A stretch of DNA of 64,000 bases. It comes from a virus. Positions 17,901 to 27,704 of this stretch are shown here, piece after piece. Under the pieces are notes generated by a model. It had not been told where the DNA came from, made no database searches, and saw only the letters and a list, made by a program, of their open reading frames with translations. Location: IMG/VR virus record IMGVR_UViG_3300045135_001635; one strand, 5' to 3'. Position 1 is the first letter of the stretch. Every line of letters begins with the position of its first letter. The position numbers and the translations under genes were made by a program.

Positions 17901-20304
17901 AGAATTGTACCGTGTATGTAGAGCCTACTTTAGCCGTAAGACCAGATTTAAGTCTTATTTTAATTGGTCCGTAGAAGTTATCTCTTTGTCCACCATCAAA
18001 CTCAAAAGAAGCTGTAACATTAGTACCACTATCGTCTACAACAGAAAGTAATTCAATACCGTCCGCGTAATTAAGTTCAATTAAAGAAGCGTCCGATGTA
18101 CTGTTTGCTAATGCTTGACGAGATATTTCATAATAGGTGAAACTTCCGTTTCCGCTAATATCTCCGCCTTGAGTATATGTTCCTGTATAAGAACTCGTGC
18201 GAGTCCTAATATATGAAGATGAGCGAGTATATTCGCTCGTAAAGTTTCTAGTTGACGGGTTTTCAGAAATAAATTGTCCAGTAACCGTGCGCGTAAAATC
18301 TAACCAAACAGGTTCTCTAGGATTGCCCCCTTCTCTTGCGGATACAACAGTTCTTTCCCCTGTATAAGAAGCAGCATAGCTACTTGATCTGGTGTTCGAA
18401 AAGGTTAAAGTTCTTGAGTAGTTTCCAACGAAGTCTACATATGTCGTATTTGTAAACGTCTTAGCGAACGTTGAAGGAACTGTTGGAGTTTGAACACTTC
18501 CGCGAGTGTATTGATACCCTTCAGCGTTTAACGTGGTAATATTACTTGCGCTTGTCGCGATCATCTCGCCGTTCCAGATAATACTCACCGCACCAGTATT
18601 ATCATCAACACGCCACATCGTTTCACCTTGAGTGAAGATTGGTCCTTCTATAGGAGCTGCGCCAGAGCCTAACGTTACATTCTCTGTTACCGTAGCGATA
18701 CCTTTCTCTCTTACTACAGGAGAAGGAACAGCAAAGTAATATGTTATAATATATGCTGTTGATGGAGATAGTCCTACAATCTTATTAAGAGAAACGTTCC
18801 AACCAGTAGCAACGCCAACACCAACTTCAAATATAACAGGGTTGTATGAAGCATCCATAGTTTCAGGAATAAATACTTCTCCCGAAGCGTCCGAAGAAAC
18901 TTCAATTGTACGTTGAGCTGAATAATTAGTATCAGTTATCGCTTGAGGACGTGGATTAGATAAATGGAATAATAATGAATTATCAATACCGCCTAATAGA
19001 CCAGAAGGTTTAACTGTAACAGAACCATTAGCTCCTGTTATTGTAGTAACTTCTCTGAAACTAGAACCGATATCCATCTGAACATTAAATAAGTATAAAC
19101 GATATTCACCGCCAACGTTTTCAATACCACGTACATTAGCTGTACCGATTCCGCTCAAACTTACTTGCCCGAACGTAGTTAGTTCTGAAATCCCTGTACT
19201 TAATGTTTCATCAATAACAACATAGTTACCGTATTGAGCAATTACGCTGTCGTTGTTTAGGCTGTCTGTTTCTCGAGCCTTTTCTAAATCTATATTTGTC
19301 GTACCGAAGTCTAAGCGATATCCGTCAACATAAGCAGTTCCAGGAGTTACTTCTAAATCTAAATTAAGGTCGTCTTTTTCATTAAGTACAGTTTTAAATT
19401 CTTTGGCTACATAGTCACCAGATTCTTCTTTTGTACGAGTAGCAAGTAGATCATTAATGATGTTATATGCGTCGTTAGTTTCAACTTCGCGAGTAATAAC
19501 ACCGTCAACTATACGCGCAACGAATACGAAGTTTTCTTCTTCTTGGACTTCATTTCTTGTTGTAGGAGTAAGTTCGATTTTAAATCTATGAGCACCAGGA
19601 GAAGAAGTATTTGGAAGATCTCCTTGGTTATCAAATAGCCCTTCGTCTTCACTCTCAGTGATAATAGTTTCTACTATTTTAAATCCGAAGTCTACAGTAG
19701 GTGTTGAGCTATACATATCAATATAAACTGACTGTTGTTCAACTTGTACAAAGTGGCCATGTACGAAGAATACACCTTCGCTGATTGAGATAATCGTTCC
19801 TGTACCAACAGCTGGAATAGTATCGTCGCTTGCTACAGTTAAAGGAAAGGTTGTAGAGCCGACAGGAGTTAATGTTTGATTTGACGTAACGCGTGGCGCT
19901 TCTTCTGAATTAGATAAAGCAGTTGTATCTGTATATTTTACGATAAGTGTTTGCGGTGAAGTATCTGTAGAAGGGTGATACTCTTCAATTAAGAATTTAA
20001 CACCTTGACTATTTTGGTATTCTTTCCCTACAATATTATCTGGTACATTACTGTTTGTTTGTAGTCTAATATATTCTTTAGAATTATCGACCATAGAACC
20101 GCCAGCGTGAACCATAGCACCTTCTTTGAAAATGTTACGTCCAAATTGAGCCAGTTCTTCATGAAAGATAGACTGTAACTCATTTAGTTCTCGAGCTTGA
20201 AGAGCTTTACCAGCATTAAATAATACTCGATGATATCCGTTTGTTTTATCGAAGGAATCTCGATATGTTTCTTTAAATGTTTTACTTGTAAAATTAGTCA
20301 TCAA
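14983..20304 (-). CDS. Large virion structural protein, DUF4815/VrlC-like
   Basis: YHRVLFNAGKALQARELNELQ, PGAHRFKI, RTKEESGDY, RFTMKDIAKLEERV, KSGFIADNF, DPLAQTF, GSLFLSQNGSTW motifs. Confidence 0.85.
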   Translation of the reverse strand: MMTNFTSKTFKETYRDSFDKTNGYHRVLFNAGKALQARELNELQSIFHEELAQFGRNIFKEGAMVHAGGSMVDNSKEYIRLQTNSNVPDNIVGKEYQNSQGVKFLIEEYHPSTDTSPQTLIVKYTDTTALSNSEEAPRVTSNQTLTPVGSTTFPLTVASDDTIPAVGTGTIISISEGVFFVHGHFVQVEQQSVYIDMYSSTPTVDFGFKIVETIITESEDEGLFDNQGDLPNTSSPGAHRFKIELTPTTRNEVQEEENFVFVARIVDGVITREVETNDAYNIINDLLATRTKEESGDYVAKEFKTVLNEKDDLNLDLEVTPGTAYVDGYRLDFGTTNIDLEKARETDSLNNDSVIAQYGNYVVIDETLSTGISELTTFGQVSLSGIGTANVRGIENVGGEYRLYLFNVQMDIGSSFREVTTITGANGSVTVKPSGLLGGIDNSLLFHLSNPRPQAITDTNYSAQRTIEVSSDASGEVFIPETMDASYNPVIFEVGVGVATGWNVSLNKIVGLSPSTAYIITYYFAVPSPVVREKGIATVTENVTLGSGAAPIEGPIFTQGETMWRVDDNTGAVSIIWNGEMIATSASNITTLNAEGYQYTRGSVQTPTVPSTFAKTFTNTTYVDFVGNYSRTLTFSNTRSSSYAASYTGERTVVSAREGGNPREPVWLDFTRTVTGQFISENPSTRNFTSEYTRSSSYIRTRTSSYTGTYTQGGDISGNGSFTYYEISRQALANSTSDASLIELNYADGIELLSVVDDSGTNVTASFEFDGGQRDNFYGPIKIRLKSGLTAKVGSTYTVQFSHFYHRDGDYFSVESYPQDYGLIPTYKSSSGAEISLTDVLDFRPVILPSGIDTGSINSLPKNKSIISVDATYYLPRIDTLVANTLDAKGRIGTGRLQLIKGESSLDPRPPQIPTGSLPLFQFDLNAYTLDKTDLTLTKIPHKRFTMKDIAKLEERVEELYELTTLSLLETDTASLMVLDENGNNRTKSGFIADNFNSLNFCDLSNPDYRASVEPVNGELMPSFRENSIRLSMRANSTARKQGDVAIIPYTDEVMASQLLATGKMNVNPFAVITQTGHMTLSPSSDEWVEVRKLPDIMQNNIRRVRTDNRSITKGKRIRTRVVERSIQEFLGEQVLNVEVVPFMRSREIFFRVEGLRPNTNMFAFFGNKPVQDWVRQENRFKHFSDNPKEYGSEFSNATSHPNGNTDLVTDENGMLIGSFFLPNTTNLSFRTGQQEFKLLDIVVNDDDNAIASSRAMYESVGRIDTVQRTIRSTRIVESITERYDPLAQTFYVDQVENPNGIYLSKVRIFMESKDDTIPLQVQIRPVENGIPTTRLVPGSSKFVSPSDINITPLTDQTDIADVRSQGGTDIHFDEPVYLSPSEEYAVVLLAESVKYNAYVAETYEFILGPNRREGRVNKQPTLGSLFLSQNGSTWTADQTKDLMFELYCASFESSANVVLSNVEVPKITLGADPISVERDSALVHIAHQGHGFNANDEVEISGVQGTIGGVDASSINGNHLIASVSWDGYRINAGTIATSSVLGGGDQVVVNEQIMIDEIIPNIANIIPNGTSVTAKVRQTSGASYGGNRNNPLYNNSYSSVASKQVFLNDSNLNDRPTIVADPEDMEFVITLSTTDTKVSPLIDLQRTSVMTIENVIDMSDAAQHITTPVILDEAAEGLKILFSAHRPSAAQFEVYVKTAQDDSSLDVAEWIKVDIDAQVPSDESREVIREYSYSIEAVDQFSIFQTKLVMKSNNSSKVPIITDFRTIALAV

Positions 20305-20310
20305 TCAATC

Positions 20311-21642
20311 CTAAACCGTTATAACCACTTTAATATCTTCTTGTTGTTCTGCGTCACGTCTAATTCTATGACGGTTTTCGATATACAAAACATCACCTGT
20401 GAATCTATTTATATTGTTACTTGGAGTGATATAAGATACAGTACCTGTAAGGACAACACCGACTTGAGTGAGTACTTCACCCACTTGGAAATTGCCGAAT
20501 CCAGTACTTTCGTTTTGATGAAAGTGAATAATATTATCAACAGATTCATCTACATAAGCAATAGCGCCAGACTGAGAACCAACAATAGTTTTACCTGATA
20601 CAAAAGGGGAAGAGTCTACAAGAGTGATTGTAGGTAATACTTTAGCGGAAGTATCATCAAAAATATTTCCGTCAGTACCTAATGGAGATTTAATCAACCC
20701 AATTTGACGGAATTCGTTTTCAACAATGAATGTTCCATCTTCTTCACCATTAGGTTTAGCTGTGAACATAATAGAACTTGTTTTTAAATCATTTATCGCA
20801 TCAAAGCCAATACCATTTGCGTCAGTAACAACAGTACGAGCAATAGCACCAAGACCATCACCTTGAATCTTAACAGAAGCGTGAGTGTAACCAGAACCCA
20901 TATTAGTCATTTCAATTTTAGTAATATGACCTTGAGCGTTAACATAAGCAACAGCTGTCGCGCCAGTTCCGTCTCCGATGATTTCAACAGTTGGAGCAGA
21001 ACTAAAGCCAGAACCTTCTTCTATAATTTCACAACGAATAACTTGACCGCCAACAGCAGCTTGTTTAACGTTGAATTGTAGATCTTCAATCGGATCTCCA
21101 GTGGCTAAATCTGATTCAGGAATATGTACAGGAATATAATTAGATGAAAGAAAATTTCGAATCGAATTTGGAGTTAACGAATATAAGAACTTCCAAGTAT
21201 AACCGTCACCCGTCGTAAATGGTTGAGTATAATCTACGCCAAGGACGCCATAGTTAGGTTCGATTGTTGATACATTAGTTGCGCCTGTTTGAGTGATACC
21301 TTTTTCTAAACAGATGTATACTTCTTTAGCGTCATTAATAACATAGAATCTTTCTGACTCTTGGCTATTTTTATCAGACCAACCTTCATATTTAGAACCT
21401 GAGTTCCAATTATGTCTATTCGTCACATACGTAACGCCTTCAATCTTTTTTATGGATTGAAGGTTATTCCTGAACTCGCGTTCTTCTAATAGAGAGTCAA
21501 TAGGGTCTATTACAACGTCTTCTAAGTTATAGACGTCAGACTTACCAATACCTATGTAATAACTGTTAACTTGACCTTCTGCATCATTAAGTAGTTGTTG
21601 TGATAAACTTTTGCTAATAGATTGTCTAACAATAGCTGACAT
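20311..21642 (-). CDS. gp8: Baseplate wedge subunit
   Basis: FYVIND..VYICL, DGYTWKFLY, FRQIGLIKSP, GDVLYIENR..IRR...QQEDIKVVI. Confidence 0.9.
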   Translation of the reverse strand: MSAIVRQSISKSLSQQLLNDAEGQVNSYYIGIGKSDVYNLEDVVIDPIDSLLEEREFRNNLQSIKKIEGVTYVTNRHNWNSGSKYEGWSDKNSQESERFYVINDAKEVYICLEKGITQTGATNVSTIEPNYGVLGVDYTQPFTTGDGYTWKFLYSLTPNSIRNFLSSNYIPVHIPESDLATGDPIEDLQFNVKQAAVGGQVIRCEIIEEGSGFSSAPTVEIIGDGTGATAVAYVNAQGHITKIEMTNMGSGYTHASVKIQGDGLGAIARTVVTDANGIGFDAINDLKTSSIMFTAKPNGEEDGTFIVENEFRQIGLIKSPLGTDGNIFDDTSAKVLPTITLVDSSPFVSGKTIVGSQSGAIAYVDESVDNIIHFHQNESTGFGNFQVGEVLTQVGVVLTGTVSYITPSNNINRFTGDVLYIENRHRIRRDAEQQEDIKVVITV

Positions 21643-21674
21643 TATTAATTATTCCTGTTGAAATTATATAAGTT

Positions 21675-21682
21675 TATTTATA
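21675..21682 (-). promoter_or_regulatory. T4-type late promoter TATAAATA
   Basis: Exact consensus upstream of gp8. Confidence 0.8.
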
Positions 21683-21702
21683 CTCGTTTCAACAGGTTGT
21701 TT

Positions 21703-22974
21703 CTATTTTTTATTCTCGACTATTACGTCTAATTGTTGATTAGTTTTGGTGATACTCAAAATACTAAGATATTGAGATAATTTATTAACCCACCAAGGCA
21801 TGTCTTCGATGATTAAATGAGCGTTTCTTCCGTCTTGTAAGATTCTCATCGCAGGATACATAGCGATAGTCAAATAACCTTGAATCTTTATAGAGTCCGC
21901 AATTTGCTTAATAACATTATCAATGAGGTTCGGTTCAACGTGTTCTAATACATCTATACAAATTAAGAAGTCTTTTGGTGTTTGTACGCCCTCTTTACCC
22001 TCTATTCCTGGGTCGTATTCATATACTTTATACGGAGCGTCTTTTGGTATATTATTTTTAAAACTACTTGACCCACAACCATAATCTAAAACCTCTTTAG
22101 CGTCATTAGATAGTAGCCAGTTATGAAGTGTATCTATCATAGCGCCAGCACTTGTACCCCAGTGTTGAGTTTTATGTTCAGACTTTAGTAACGTCATATA
22201 ATCGTCAGATACAAGATGTTCTGTAAAGAATGCTGAGGAGTGTTTCAATTCTGTTTGATTAGGTAAATCTAAATTTTGATTAAGATCATCTAAATTTACA
22301 TAAGGAACTAAATCGTTTATTTTAGAATCAGGACTAATAGAGAAAATTTCAATACCGCGCTTCATACACTCTTTTGAGAACCAATCTAAATAATGATAAA
22401 GATGATTATATAAGTTCATATTCCAAGCGTCTTGGTCCTTCGTCATCTCTCGACCATCAAAGTACGACTTATCACTTACCTCAAAATCTACCCCAGCAAG
22501 ATAAATCTTTTTAAATCCCATATGTAACATAATGTTCATCGTAGTAGAGAAAACGTTCTTTTCCCATATAATGTTCTCACTTTCGGGCGAAGCGCATTCA
22601 AATATATCCATAGGTTCTTTTGTAGGGAACATGTTTCCAAAATATGTAAATGGATATTCGTATAGTTTACGACCGTCAAGAATACGTTCGTGTAAACCAC
22701 CTCTTAGAATTTTAGGGAAAGATTCTTTATATACATGTTCGTCATAGCAAGAAGGTTCATCCATTCCAACCCAAATATCAGGGCGAACTTTAGGATAAGT
22801 TGTATTGACTCCGACAACAGTTTTCCCTGAACCCGATAATTTTGAAATGTCGATTTTATTTAATGAAGGACCACCGCCGACGAATATTCCGACATTCATA
22901 TTTTCTTCTACATACGACTCAAGAAATTTCCAACTGTTTCCGTTATGATACATTAATGGTGTACGTTTAGACAT
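21703..22974 (-). CDS. DUF115/Maf-like glycosyltransferase fused to class I SAM methyltransferase
   Basis: GGGPSL..VGVN..PDIWVGMD..MGFKKIYLAGVDF in the N-half; VLDYGCG and DVLEHVEP in the C-half. Confidence 0.75.
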   Translation of the reverse strand: MSKRTPLMYHNGNSWKFLESYVEENMNVGIFVGGGPSLNKIDISKLSGSGKTVVGVNTTYPKVRPDIWVGMDEPSCYDEHVYKESFPKILRGGLHERILDGRKLYEYPFTYFGNMFPTKEPMDIFECASPESENIIWEKNVFSTTMNIMLHMGFKKIYLAGVDFEVSDKSYFDGREMTKDQDAWNMNLYNHLYHYLDWFSKECMKRGIEIFSISPDSKINDLVPYVNLDDLNQNLDLPNQTELKHSSAFFTEHLVSDDYMTLLKSEHKTQHWGTSAGAMIDTLHNWLLSNDAKEVLDYGCGSSSFKNNIPKDAPYKVYEYDPGIEGKEGVQTPKDFLICIDVLEHVEPNLIDNVIKQIADSIKIQGYLTIAMYPAMRILQDGRNAHLIIEDMPWWVNKLSQYLSILSITKTNQQLDVIVENKK

Positions 22975-22986
22975 TATATAGCTCTC

Positions 22987-23019
22987 AAAAAAAAGGACAC
23001 CAATATATAGTGCCCTTTT
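22987..23019 (-). terminator. Intrinsic terminator after the collagen-like gene
   Basis: GGGCAC-loop-GTGTCC followed by T8. Confidence 0.75.
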
Positions 23020-23026
23020 AAGTCAG

Positions 23027-25519
23027 TTATAAATTACCCAACTTCACCCTGAGTTTTCCGCCAGCATCGTAGATTGTAATGTTATCACCGCCAAATTCTA
23101 TTCTCGCGCCAGAATCAGCAGTATTACGTAATCCGTTAAGACTTAATATACCGCCGGAGTTAGTTGTAACTTCAGTGAAAGTCTTATCAGCTGTACCATT
23201 ATAGTCAACACCTTGATATTGGAATACTCTACCAGTTTGTATATGCCAATAAGTGTCGTGTTTTAATAAAACATTTTCACCTCTAAATTGGCGTATAATA
23301 TCTGATTTAGAATTAGTACCAGTATCAGAATTAACTGTAGCGTCTGTATCAAAAACTATCGCATTACCAGCTGAACCCATAGGACCAGAAGGACCGATTG
23401 TACCTGTAGGACCTTTTGACCCAGGATTACCGCGACTACCGCGAGGACCAGCCGAACCACGAGGACCTTGCGTACCTTGTGGTCCTTGAGTACCCCTGAT
23501 ACCAGTAGGACCAGCCGAACCACGAGGACCTTGCGTACCTTGTGGTCCTTGAGTACCCCTGATACCAGTAGGACCAGCCGAACCACGAGGACCTTGAGTA
23601 CCTTGAGGACCAGAAGGACCTCTGATACCAGTAGGACCAGCCGAACCACGAGGACCTTGAGTACCTTGAGGACCAGAAGGACCTTGAATACCCGTCACAC
23701 CGCGAGGACCAATAGTACCTTTAGGACCTTGTGATCCTTGGATACCAGTTACACCGCGAGGACCAATAGTACCTTTAGGACCTTGTGTACCTTGCGGACC
23801 TTGAGATCCTTGAATACCAGTCGCGCCACGAGGACCTTGTGTACCTTGCGGACCGCGAGTACCTTGGATACCTTGAGAACCTTGAATACCAGTCGCGCCA
23901 CGAGGACCCTGAGTACCTTTAGGACCCTGAGTACCACGAGGACCTTGAGAACCTTGAATACCAGTCGCGCCACGAGGACCCTGAGTACCTTTAGGACCCT
24001 GAGTACCACGAGGACCTTGAGAACCTTGCGGTCCAGAAGGACCTTGAATACCAGTCGCGCCACGAGGACCAATCGTACCTTTAGGACCCTGAGAACCTTG
24101 AATACCAGTCGCACCGCGAGGACCTTGTGTACCTTGCGGTCCTTGTGTTCCGCGAGGACCCTGAGTACCTTGAGGACCTTGAGTACCTTGAGGACCTTGA
24201 GTACCTTGAGGTCCACGAGTACCTTGCTTACCTTGAGGACCAGAAGGACCGACTATACCTGTTGGACCAACAACCCCCGTAGGACCTTCAATCCCACGAG
24301 TACCTCTTTGTCCAGTTTGACCCCGAGTACCTTGAGGTCCAGTAACGCCTTGGATACCAGTAGGACCTTGAATACCAGTAGGACCATTAATACCCGTGAC
24401 GCCTTGGATACCTTGAGTACCTTGAGGTCCTTGGGTTCCTTGAGGTCCTTGTGTTCCCTGAGGTCCAGTAACGCCTTGAATACCTTGCGTACCTTTAGGA
24501 CCCTGAGTACCACGAGGACCAGTAACGCCTTGGATACCAGTAACGCCTTGGATACCTTGAGTACCTTTAGGTCCTTGAGTTCCTTGAGGACCAGTAACGC
24601 CTTGAATTCCAGTAGGACCTTGAATACCCTGAGTACCTTTAGGACCCTGAGTTCCTTGCGGTCCTTGTGTTCCCTGAATACCAGTAACGCCTTGGATACC
24701 TTGAGTACCTTTAGGTCCTTGAGTTCCTTGAGGACCCGTAGGACCTTGGATACCAGTAACGCCTTGGATACCTTGAGTTCCCTTAGGACCCTGAGTTCCC
24801 TTAGGACCCTGAGTACCTTTAGGACCGATTGTACCCTGAATACCTTGAGAACCTTTAATACCTTGACTTCCGCGAGGACCCTGAGTACCTTGAGGACCAG
24901 TAACGCCTTGAATACCCTGAGTACCTTGCGGTCCTTGCGTGCCTTGAGGACCCTGAGTACCTTGAGGACCGATTGTACCTTGAGTTCCCTGAGGACCCTG
25001 AGTACCTTGCGGTCCTTGTTGTCCAGTAGGACCTACGATACCCTGAGTACCTTTAGGACCCTGAGTTCCTTGCGGTCCTTGTTGTCCAGTAGGACCTTGG
25101 ATACCTTGAGTTCCTTGCGGTCCTTGGATACCTTGAGTTCCTTGGGCACCCGTAGCACCGCGAGGACCAGTAGGACCTACGATACCATCAATACCAGCAA
25201 TACCCACGATAGTAGGTTCTTCCCACTCACTTTCAATCGTTTCATTATATGAAGGATTGCCGACGATTACGCGACGGCATTCCCAAAGAATAGGAAAAGA
25301 TTGGCTTAAATTTTCACCGAACGTAGTCCAAGAAATACCGTCAACGCTACCTGAAGGTGATGGGTTATTATACCCCCAACTATTTTTAGGTAGTTGACCC
25401 GATAAAAAATCAGAAGCGTCTGTTATAGACGCAACTGTTCTTGAGTAAATATATTCATAACCAACAGCATCGCTTACGTCTGTAAACGATATTGATGAAG
25501 ATGCGGTTAACGTCGGCAT
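23027..25519 (-). CDS. Collagen-like fibre protein (about 205 Gly-X-Y triplets)
   Basis: Continuous [15 protein letters not shown] triplets at about 23360-25205; C-terminus [15 protein letters not shown]. Confidence 0.9.
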   Translation of the reverse strand: MPTLTASSSISFTDVSDAVGYEYIYSRTVASITDASDFLSGQLPKNSWGYNNPSPSGSVDGISWTTFGENLSQSFPILWECRRVIVGNPSYNETIESEWEEPTIVGIAGIDGIVGPTGPRGATGAQGTQGIQGPQGTQGIQGPTGQQGPQGTQGPKGTQGIVGPTGQQGPQGTQGPQGTQGTIGPQGTQGPQGTQGPQGTQGIQGVTGPQGTQGPRGSQGIKGSQGIQGTIGPKGTQGPKGTQGPKGTQGIQGVTGIQGPTGPQGTQGPKGTQGIQGVTGIQGTQGPQGTQGPKGTQGIQGPTGIQGVTGPQGTQGPKGTQGIQGVTGIQGVTGPRGTQGPKGTQGIQGVTGPQGTQGPQGTQGPQGTQGIQGVTGINGPTGIQGPTGIQGVTGPQGTRGQTGQRGTRGIEGPTGVVGPTGIVGPSGPQGKQGTRGPQGTQGPQGTQGPQGTQGPRGTQGPQGTQGPRGATGIQGSQGPKGTIGPRGATGIQGPSGPQGSQGPRGTQGPKGTQGPRGATGIQGSQGPRGTQGPKGTQGPRGATGIQGSQGIQGTRGPQGTQGPRGATGIQGSQGPQGTQGPKGTIGPRGVTGIQGSQGPKGTIGPRGVTGIQGPSGPQGTQGPRGSAGPTGIRGPSGPQGTQGPRGSAGPTGIRGTQGPQGTQGPRGSAGPTGIRGTQGPQGTQGPRGSAGPRGSRGNPGSKGPTGTIGPSGPMGSAGNAIVFDTDATVNSDTGTNSKSDIIRQFRGENVLLKHDTYWHIQTGRVFQYQGVDYNGTADKTFTEVTTNSGGILSLNGLRNTADSGARIEFGGDNITIYDAGGKLRVKLGNL

Positions 25520-25533
25520 TTAAAACCCCTTTT

Positions 25534-26721
25534 TTATGGAGTTGTTACTGTCGCTACACAACGAATACTAATTGGAACGCCAGTATCAGGTATATTAGAC
25601 GGAGATACAATAACCTGATTTGTATTAAACGCTACACCATTCGCTGAACGACCTACAGATAAAGGAGCGCCAGAAGCATCAGTTTGAACTTCTAAGCTGT
25701 CTGTAGCAACAAAAACTTGTTCCCCTGTAACGAATTCCCAATCATAAGCGATTGTAACACCGCCAACACCATCGGTCAATTGACTTCCGTCATTTGCGTC
25801 AAATACATTAGCGGTTAATGTAACAGGGTCGCCAGAGTTATTACGGAATACGGTTGGTCCGTTAGCAGTTACTTCAACATAAACAGCAGCACGACCAGCA
25901 CGAACTTTTGCGAATGTTACGGCGTCTTTACCTTGCTCACCAGATACACGAACTGAAAGAGTTTCAGCAGAATCACCTAAGTTAGAAGGTTGAATTTCAA
26001 GACGAGCATTAGAGTTTAAGTTATTTGGTAATGTTCCTGTACTAAACGCACCAGAAGCATCATTATCAAAACCAGAAATACCACCAGCATCAGCTGAAGT
26101 TGCTGTTTGACTTTGGAACGGAGCACCGTCTAAAGAAGTTTCGTAACTTAATTCTCCAGGATTACCAGCAATATCAAATAAGATAGTACTTGCTGATTGA
26201 CCTGATAAAAGTTCGCCGTCCGCGTTAGCAGAGAACATTTGGCTTGAAGGAACCATCTTAATTACAGTACCACCAGCACCGTCTTGGATTCGGTTAACAG
26301 ATAATTCTAAGTTAAATGATCCTACAGTACCGTTGTTGTTATACGTAACAGGAACTACGATTGACGCAGAAGAAGGAACGCCAACAGCATCGGCATAAAT
26401 TGTACCAGCATCTTTTGTTACGCCACCGCCAATATCGAAGCCATTAGTTTGAGATACTTGAAATTCCCAACCACTTACGGCTGATATTGAACCAATTGTG
26501 AATTGGCCAGCAGAAGGAGTGCCAGTCGTGAATGTTTGAGCTGAACCCCCAACAAACACTTTTACGTTACACGAGAAATCTCTTCGAGTAGCATCAGATA
26601 CAACTCCTGCGTCATTTGCCGCAAATGTATGGTTTTCGTTAGTTAAAAATGCTGATACAGAACTTTGTCCGTCAGCTAAGTCAGTTAGTGTTATGGCAGC
26701 AGTAGCTGTACGAATTGCCAT
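25534..26721 (-). CDS. Multi-Ig-domain fibre subunit
   Basis: Beta-rich domains each closed by an I/V-T-x-x-[DKR]-x-x-[DA]G strand; LTNENHTF motif. Confidence 0.6.
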   Translation of the reverse strand: MAIRTATAAITLTDLADGQSSVSAFLTNENHTFAANDAGVVSDATRRDFSCNVKVFVGGSAQTFTTGTPSAGQFTIGSISAVSGWEFQVSQTNGFDIGGGVTKDAGTIYADAVGVPSSASIVVPVTYNNNGTVGSFNLELSVNRIQDGAGGTVIKMVPSSQMFSANADGELLSGQSASTILFDIAGNPGELSYETSLDGAPFQSQTATSADAGGISGFDNDASGAFSTGTLPNNLNSNARLEIQPSNLGDSAETLSVRVSGEQGKDAVTFAKVRAGRAAVYVEVTANGPTVFRNNSGDPVTLTANVFDANDGSQLTDGVGGVTIAYDWEFVTGEQVFVATDSLEVQTDASGAPLSVGRSANGVAFNTNQVIVSPSNIPDTGVPISIRCVATVTTP

Positions 26722-26723
26722 GA

Positions 26724-27695
26724 TTAGTTTCCTTTTTCGGTTATAATTAATTGAATTGGAAGAGTTCCGTTATTCGGAACTGCTTGGGCTTCTATTGAAA
26801 TTGTTTTTAAATCTGAGCCATTAAATGTATTTAGCTCGCTTTGAGTTGTAGCAGGTACTCCGTACCCTAATGGACATAATCCGTTAGTATCAACAGTAAC
26901 GATATTACCGTTAATGTGTGAAACTCGTTTGGTTGTAGGATTAATACAAACCAATTCATTCCCCCCTTTCAGCCATTCATAATGATAGTTTGAATAATCT
27001 GAATCAGAAATTTGAATATCGTTATTTGTTATGAATGCTGATAAATCAGTTTCGCCTTGGTCGTTTCTAAAAATGTTACCGTTACTTGTAATAATATCAA
27101 CCTGTAGATTCTCTACACCACGGTCAAAAATAAGTATCGGATCAGACCAATTACTTGATAGAATAGTTTTTGAAGATTCTGTTGTGAATACAGACACTTG
27201 AATAGCGTGAACGTACCTTCCAGATTCAGGAATTAAAAACTGCCATTGCCCGAGCGTTTCGCCGTTTTGTATAGGCTCAAGAGAATTTGTCTCGAACGAA
27301 TATATTAAATCAACATCAATATCTTCACTAATAGGTAATGTCTTTTCGTTAGAAGATTTATACAGCATTATGTTAATTGAGTTTACATTATCTACTGTAG
27401 ATTCTACTTTACTTTGAAGGTCTATTAAGATGTTATCGTGATTACCTATTTTAGCTTCAGTTTGCGAAATTCTATTATCATAATCCGAATCCAAAACGTT
27501 CGTTAATTCTAAAGAAACGCTCTGAGATATTAAATCTTCTAATACATTTAAGTCTATATTTCCGCCAGACCCACCAGCAGATATAAGTTGATTAAGAAAA
27601 TTAAAGTTCTCATTAATCTTAATACCCACTTGTCTGAGAGTATCGCCTTGACCATCGTTGGCAGCATTACCTATATTAATTGGTTGAATCGACAT
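26724..27695 (-). CDS. Baseplate-anchored fibre adaptor (gp9/gp10-like N-terminus, Ig-like C-terminus)
   Basis: INIGNAANDGQGDTLR...KINENF N-terminal motif; C-terminal TSNGNIFRN..YEW domain. Confidence 0.7.
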   Translation of the reverse strand: MSIQPINIGNAANDGQGDTLRQVGIKINENFNFLNQLISAGGSGGNIDLNVLEDLISQSVSLELTNVLDSDYDNRISQTEAKIGNHDNILIDLQSKVESTVDNVNSINIMLYKSSNEKTLPISEDIDVDLIYSFETNSLEPIQNGETLGQWQFLIPESGRYVHAIQVSVFTTESSKTILSSNWSDPILIFDRGVENLQVDIITSNGNIFRNDQGETDLSAFITNNDIQISDSDYSNYHYEWLKGGNELVCINPTTKRVSHINGNIVTVDTNGLCPLGYGVPATTQSELNTFNGSDLKTISIEAQAVPNNGTLPIQLIITEKGN

Positions 27696-27704
27696 CTTTA
27701 GTTC

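Noticed and set aside
23253-25252. 504-aa antisense ORF and shifted-frame ORFs over the collagen gene
   Set aside because: Stop-free shadows of the GGN-NNN-NNN periodicity.
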